Position numbers and translations under genes: made by a program
Notes under the pieces: generated by a model
What the model saw: the letters and a program-made list of their open reading frames with translations, nothing else
What the model was told of the DNA's origin: nothing
The model's database searches: none
Shown here: positions 60,684 through 64,000 of the stretch, piece after piece
Position numbering within the stretch: position 1 is the stretch's first letter
Layout of the letters: the number at the start of each line of letters is the position of its first letter
Assembly (NCBI GenBank): GCA_030704615.1
Contig: CM060732.1
Span: forward strand, 23,746,001-23,810,000
Source of the DNA: Takakia lepidozioides
Lineage: Eukaryota > Plantae > Bryophyta
Length of the DNA stretch: 64,000 nt
Direction: 5' to 3'

Positions 60684-62138
60684 CATGCATTCAGGGCCGA
60701 GTCTGATGAGAGGGAAAAGTAGACTGAATTTAAACTCAGTGGCGCCTATCTGTACCCACTGTCGTAATTGAAAAACCCATGACAAAACCAAGCTGTATTG
60801 CAGCTGACTCCCTCCCTCTCTCTGAAAATCTAAACTGTCCGGGGTTTTCTGAGCAGACAGACCCTCTCGTCAAATCTACCAAGGGAATTCTGCCTGTACC
60901 TTTGTTGACCAAACAATGTGGGCGCGGGTCAATGGGCACGGCAAACAACGGTAAACAACATCTTGGGAGTACACTCATTCTTACAGGTACAATTTCATGT
61001 TGATAGATCTGACAAGAAAGTCTCGCTGCTTAAAAAAACCACTTTCACTGAATCAATAAGTTGAAGAAGAAGGTGCCATCACCACCACCCAACCTGCTTA
61101 CTTCCAGAAATTCAACATGCAGTTGACAGGTCTTAGTTTGATGAGAGGGCAAAACAGGCTGCAAATACGTCAAAGAAGAAGGTGGCCTCACCACCACCCA
61201 ACCTGCTAACTTACAGAATTCAACATGCATTCAGGGCCAAGTCTGATGACAGGGCAAAACAGGCTTCAATAGGTCAACGAAGAAGGTGCCCTCACCACCA
61301 CCCAACCAGCTAACTTGCAGAATTCAACATGCATTTGACAGGGCCGAGTTTGATAAGAGGGCAAAACATAACGGGAATACATCAAAGAAGAAGGTGCCCT
61401 CACCACCCAACCAGCTTACTTCAGAATTCAACATGCATTCAGGGCTGAGTCTGATGAGAGGGCAAACCATGCAACAGTAGGTCAAAGAATAAGGTGCCCT
61501 CACCACCACGGAACCAACTAACTTCAGAATGGCAACATGCATTCAGGGCCGAGTCTGATGAGAGGGCAAAATAGGCTACAATAGGTCAAAGAAGAAGCTG
61601 CCCCCACCACCACCCAACCTGCTAACTTACAGAATTCAACATGCACTCAAGGCTGAGTCTGATGAGAGGGAAACATGCAATAGTACGTCAAAGAAGAAGG
61701 TGCCCTCACCACCGCCCAGAATGCTAACTTTTAAAAAATTCAACATGCATTTAGGGCCGAGTCTGATGACAGGGCAAAACAGGCTGCTCACCGCCACCCC
61801 AACCACCTAACTTCAGAATTCATCATGCGTTCAGGGCCGAGTCTAATGAGAGGGCAAAATAGGCTGCAATAGGTTGAAGAAGAAGGTGCCCTCACCACCA
61901 CCCAACTAGCTAACTTATAGAATTCAACATGCATTCAAGGACAAGTTTGATGACATGGCAAAACAGGTTGCAATAGGTCAAAGAAGAAGGTGTCCTCACC
62001 ACCACCCAACCAACTAACTTTAGGGTTTAACATGCATTCAGGGCTGAGTCTGATGAGAGGGCAAAACAGGCTGCAATAGGTTGAAGAAGAAGGTGCCCTC
62101 ACCACCACCCAACCAGCGTACTTACAGAATTAAACATG
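60684..62138. repeat. tandem array of ~104-bp units (about 10 units plus an interrupted first unit)
   Basis: AACATGC-type anchor at 61114, 61222, 61326, 61430, 61534, 61638, 61742, 61822 (short unit), 61926, 62029 and 62133. Confidence 0.95.
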
Positions 62139-63803
62139 GTCAAAAACTAGGTTTGTAAGACTCGTAGGAAAGGTAATGTGACTTACCTTGGAAGAGAGAG
62201 AGAGAGAGAGAGAAGAGAGAGGTTTAAGGGATCCCACCACCATCTTGTTAGCCTCCTTAGTGGGGGTGGCAGTCCTAGCAGGCCGCTTGATATAAGGAGT
62301 CATTTGTGGACGAGCTGGCTCAAGCTTGTCAGCACTGTCCACGTCCTCCTCCTCCGCGCTCTTGCACTCTGGAGTAGTCTGCACTACGAGTCGCAGCACT
62401 ATCCTCCTCCGAGTTCCTCTCCAAGTCGCTCGACTCCTTCTCCCCCACACCCATGTGAATAGGAGTATTTGCACTCAAACGACTACTTCTTCGCAATGGG
62501 CCATTCCACACATAACGGGCTTTTCGCGAGGCGCACTCTTTCTCTCTACAGTAGGAACTCGGAGAACAATCGCGAGAGGGAGTCAGCAGTGTGTAAAAGC
62601 GACTTATGCAAAAAAAACGCGAAAGACTGTGTGTGTGAGTAGAGAAAAAGTGAGAGACTTGTCGCGACGTTGTCCATGTCCCAGGTTGCATCAGACGGTC
62701 CACGTCCATCCAGCGGCGGAGATGGGATGTGGACACGTCGTTTTTTTTCAAAATAAAAATTAGGGTATAAAGTAACCACTACCTTAATGTCCATAACAAC
62801 TGCTGATTGCTGACATGGCAGTCAGTGAGGGGCTATTGTAATCTAGGGACGTCGTTTATGTAACACCAGCGAGTTTGGCCCATGGCAACGCATGGGAGGC
62901 TACATTGGGCCAGGAATGAGGGGGAGCGCAATGCAAGTGTTACTTGAGCAAATGAGGAGCTGAGAATATGAGCCAAACAATGAAGGAGGAGGGGAGCACT
63001 GTATGTAGAGTAGTGGAGCGTGGAGACTGCATTGACTTACCCATGACTGCCCTTCTGTTGCCATTGTAACAACTAGGCTTTGTTCTTGGCTATTCTTTGG
63101 GCACAGAAGGCTTCGCATGCGAGCATCCCATCCTCTTCTCCTGGGGTAAGTGACTCCTTTTCTCCCCCACCATTAGATTCAGCAACGACTCTTGCCAAAT
63201 CGTCTCCAGTGTAATTGTCATTCTTGTGTTTTGGGCTGCGTTCACTATCTGCCATAGAAGGACTCTCGGCCTTTTGCAAAATTGGGAAGAGAGAGTATAG
63301 TACTACACCCTACAATGTCAACATTCAAATTGATTGATGGCTTAGGCTGTAGATACAAGCACATGACAACAAATGGGCTGACGCTTGATGCCAAGAAGAG
63401 ATGCAACAAATGGGCTGGGCTGCTGCTCACCACCTTAAAGATATCCAATCTTAAAGCATTATACCTTGTAGCTAGAAGTAGGGTCTGCTAGCTCATTAAA
63501 TGAGTGGTTAAATCCGCTCCAAATATTATTAGGAAGGTGGTTTGTAGATCACAACAGTCATGTTTTTCCATTTTCTGCACTGTCACAGTCATACTCACTC
63601 TTTGTATAGTTGTAAAGTAGAATGATGACCTCTGAAACAATCACTCACAAAGTGGTTTTTTACAAGTCTATGAGTACTGACAGTAGGTTGTTGTAAGTCC
63701 TTCTTAGGGACTTAGTCTATTAATCCTGATTCTCCCCCTCATACCAGGCAAGGGATTCCTTAGCATCATGGAGCCTGATAGAGCGGCTGCCCACCTGCTC
63801 CGA

Positions 63804-63904
63804 TGTCGAGAGCGTGACGATGCTCTTTGGCAACGTGAACAGGCCCGGTGTCGAGAGCGTGACGATGCTCTTTGACAACGTGAAGAGGCCCGGTGTCGAG
63901 AGCA
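63804..63904 (+). repeat. 45-bp tandem repeat (~2.2 units) encoding CRERDDAL.QRE.AR coiled-coil-like units
   Basis: TGTCGAGAGC at 63804, 63849 and 63894. Confidence 0.8.
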
Positions 63905-64000
63905 TGGTATCAACAAGTGCACATGCCCTTGCAGGAAATGTAAGGGTGGAGGACGACCTGTTGCGTTAGATAGAGTGAGAAAACATCTAATGGAGATTGG

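Noticed and set aside
61050-62138. Hammerhead ribozyme or C/D snoRNA array, because each unit contains CTGATGAG
   Set aside because: The GAGGGCA/TGCCCTC stem is not followed by GAAA and no stem I pairing can be drawn. The C and D boxes would overlap. Homology to the PDF-PPR linker explains the unit.
61050-62138. CRISPR-like array
   Set aside because: Whole units are homologous with no unique spacers; eukaryotic context; no cas genes.

Overview
Eukaryotic nuclear DNA from a land plant. The PLS-PPR style and transposon families suggest a bryophyte or other non-seed plant, but that is inference. Only two intact host genes are visible, arranged head-to-head: a complete PLS-E1-E2-DYW RNA-editing PPR gene (35851-38517, -) and a 4-exon plastid-type DnaJ gene (38849-40788, +). 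The rest is nested mobile DNA. (1) A 5.4-kb non-autonomous CACTA element (3219-8587, TSD GTA) carries captured gene pieces. (2) A degenerate Helitron sits next to an OB-fold SSB-like ORF and contains a tRNA-derived SINE. (3) A complete 12.4-kb Mutator-like element (17017-29439, 9-bp TSD ATTAAGAAT) encodes a SWIM transposase, a Ulp1 protease and unknown accessory ORFs. (4) A truncated Ty3/gypsy element has an extra 5' ORF and a dUTPase-like domain. (5) A young but defective chromovirus (48309-54971, TSD CATAC) sits inside an older gypsy RT and has a highly structured 3' UTR. (6) There is a CACTA remnant and a ~104-bp tandem array. The best candidate for something undescribed is a gene family joining OSB-type PDF ssDNA-binding motifs (WWDNR..PDFK..LW..PxWV) to PLS-PPR repeats. 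It appears at two decayed loci (4.4-8.0 kb and 55.9-57.0 kb), and one of its linker segments is amplified into the 104-bp array. All calls come from reading the sequence by eye; no database searches were run.
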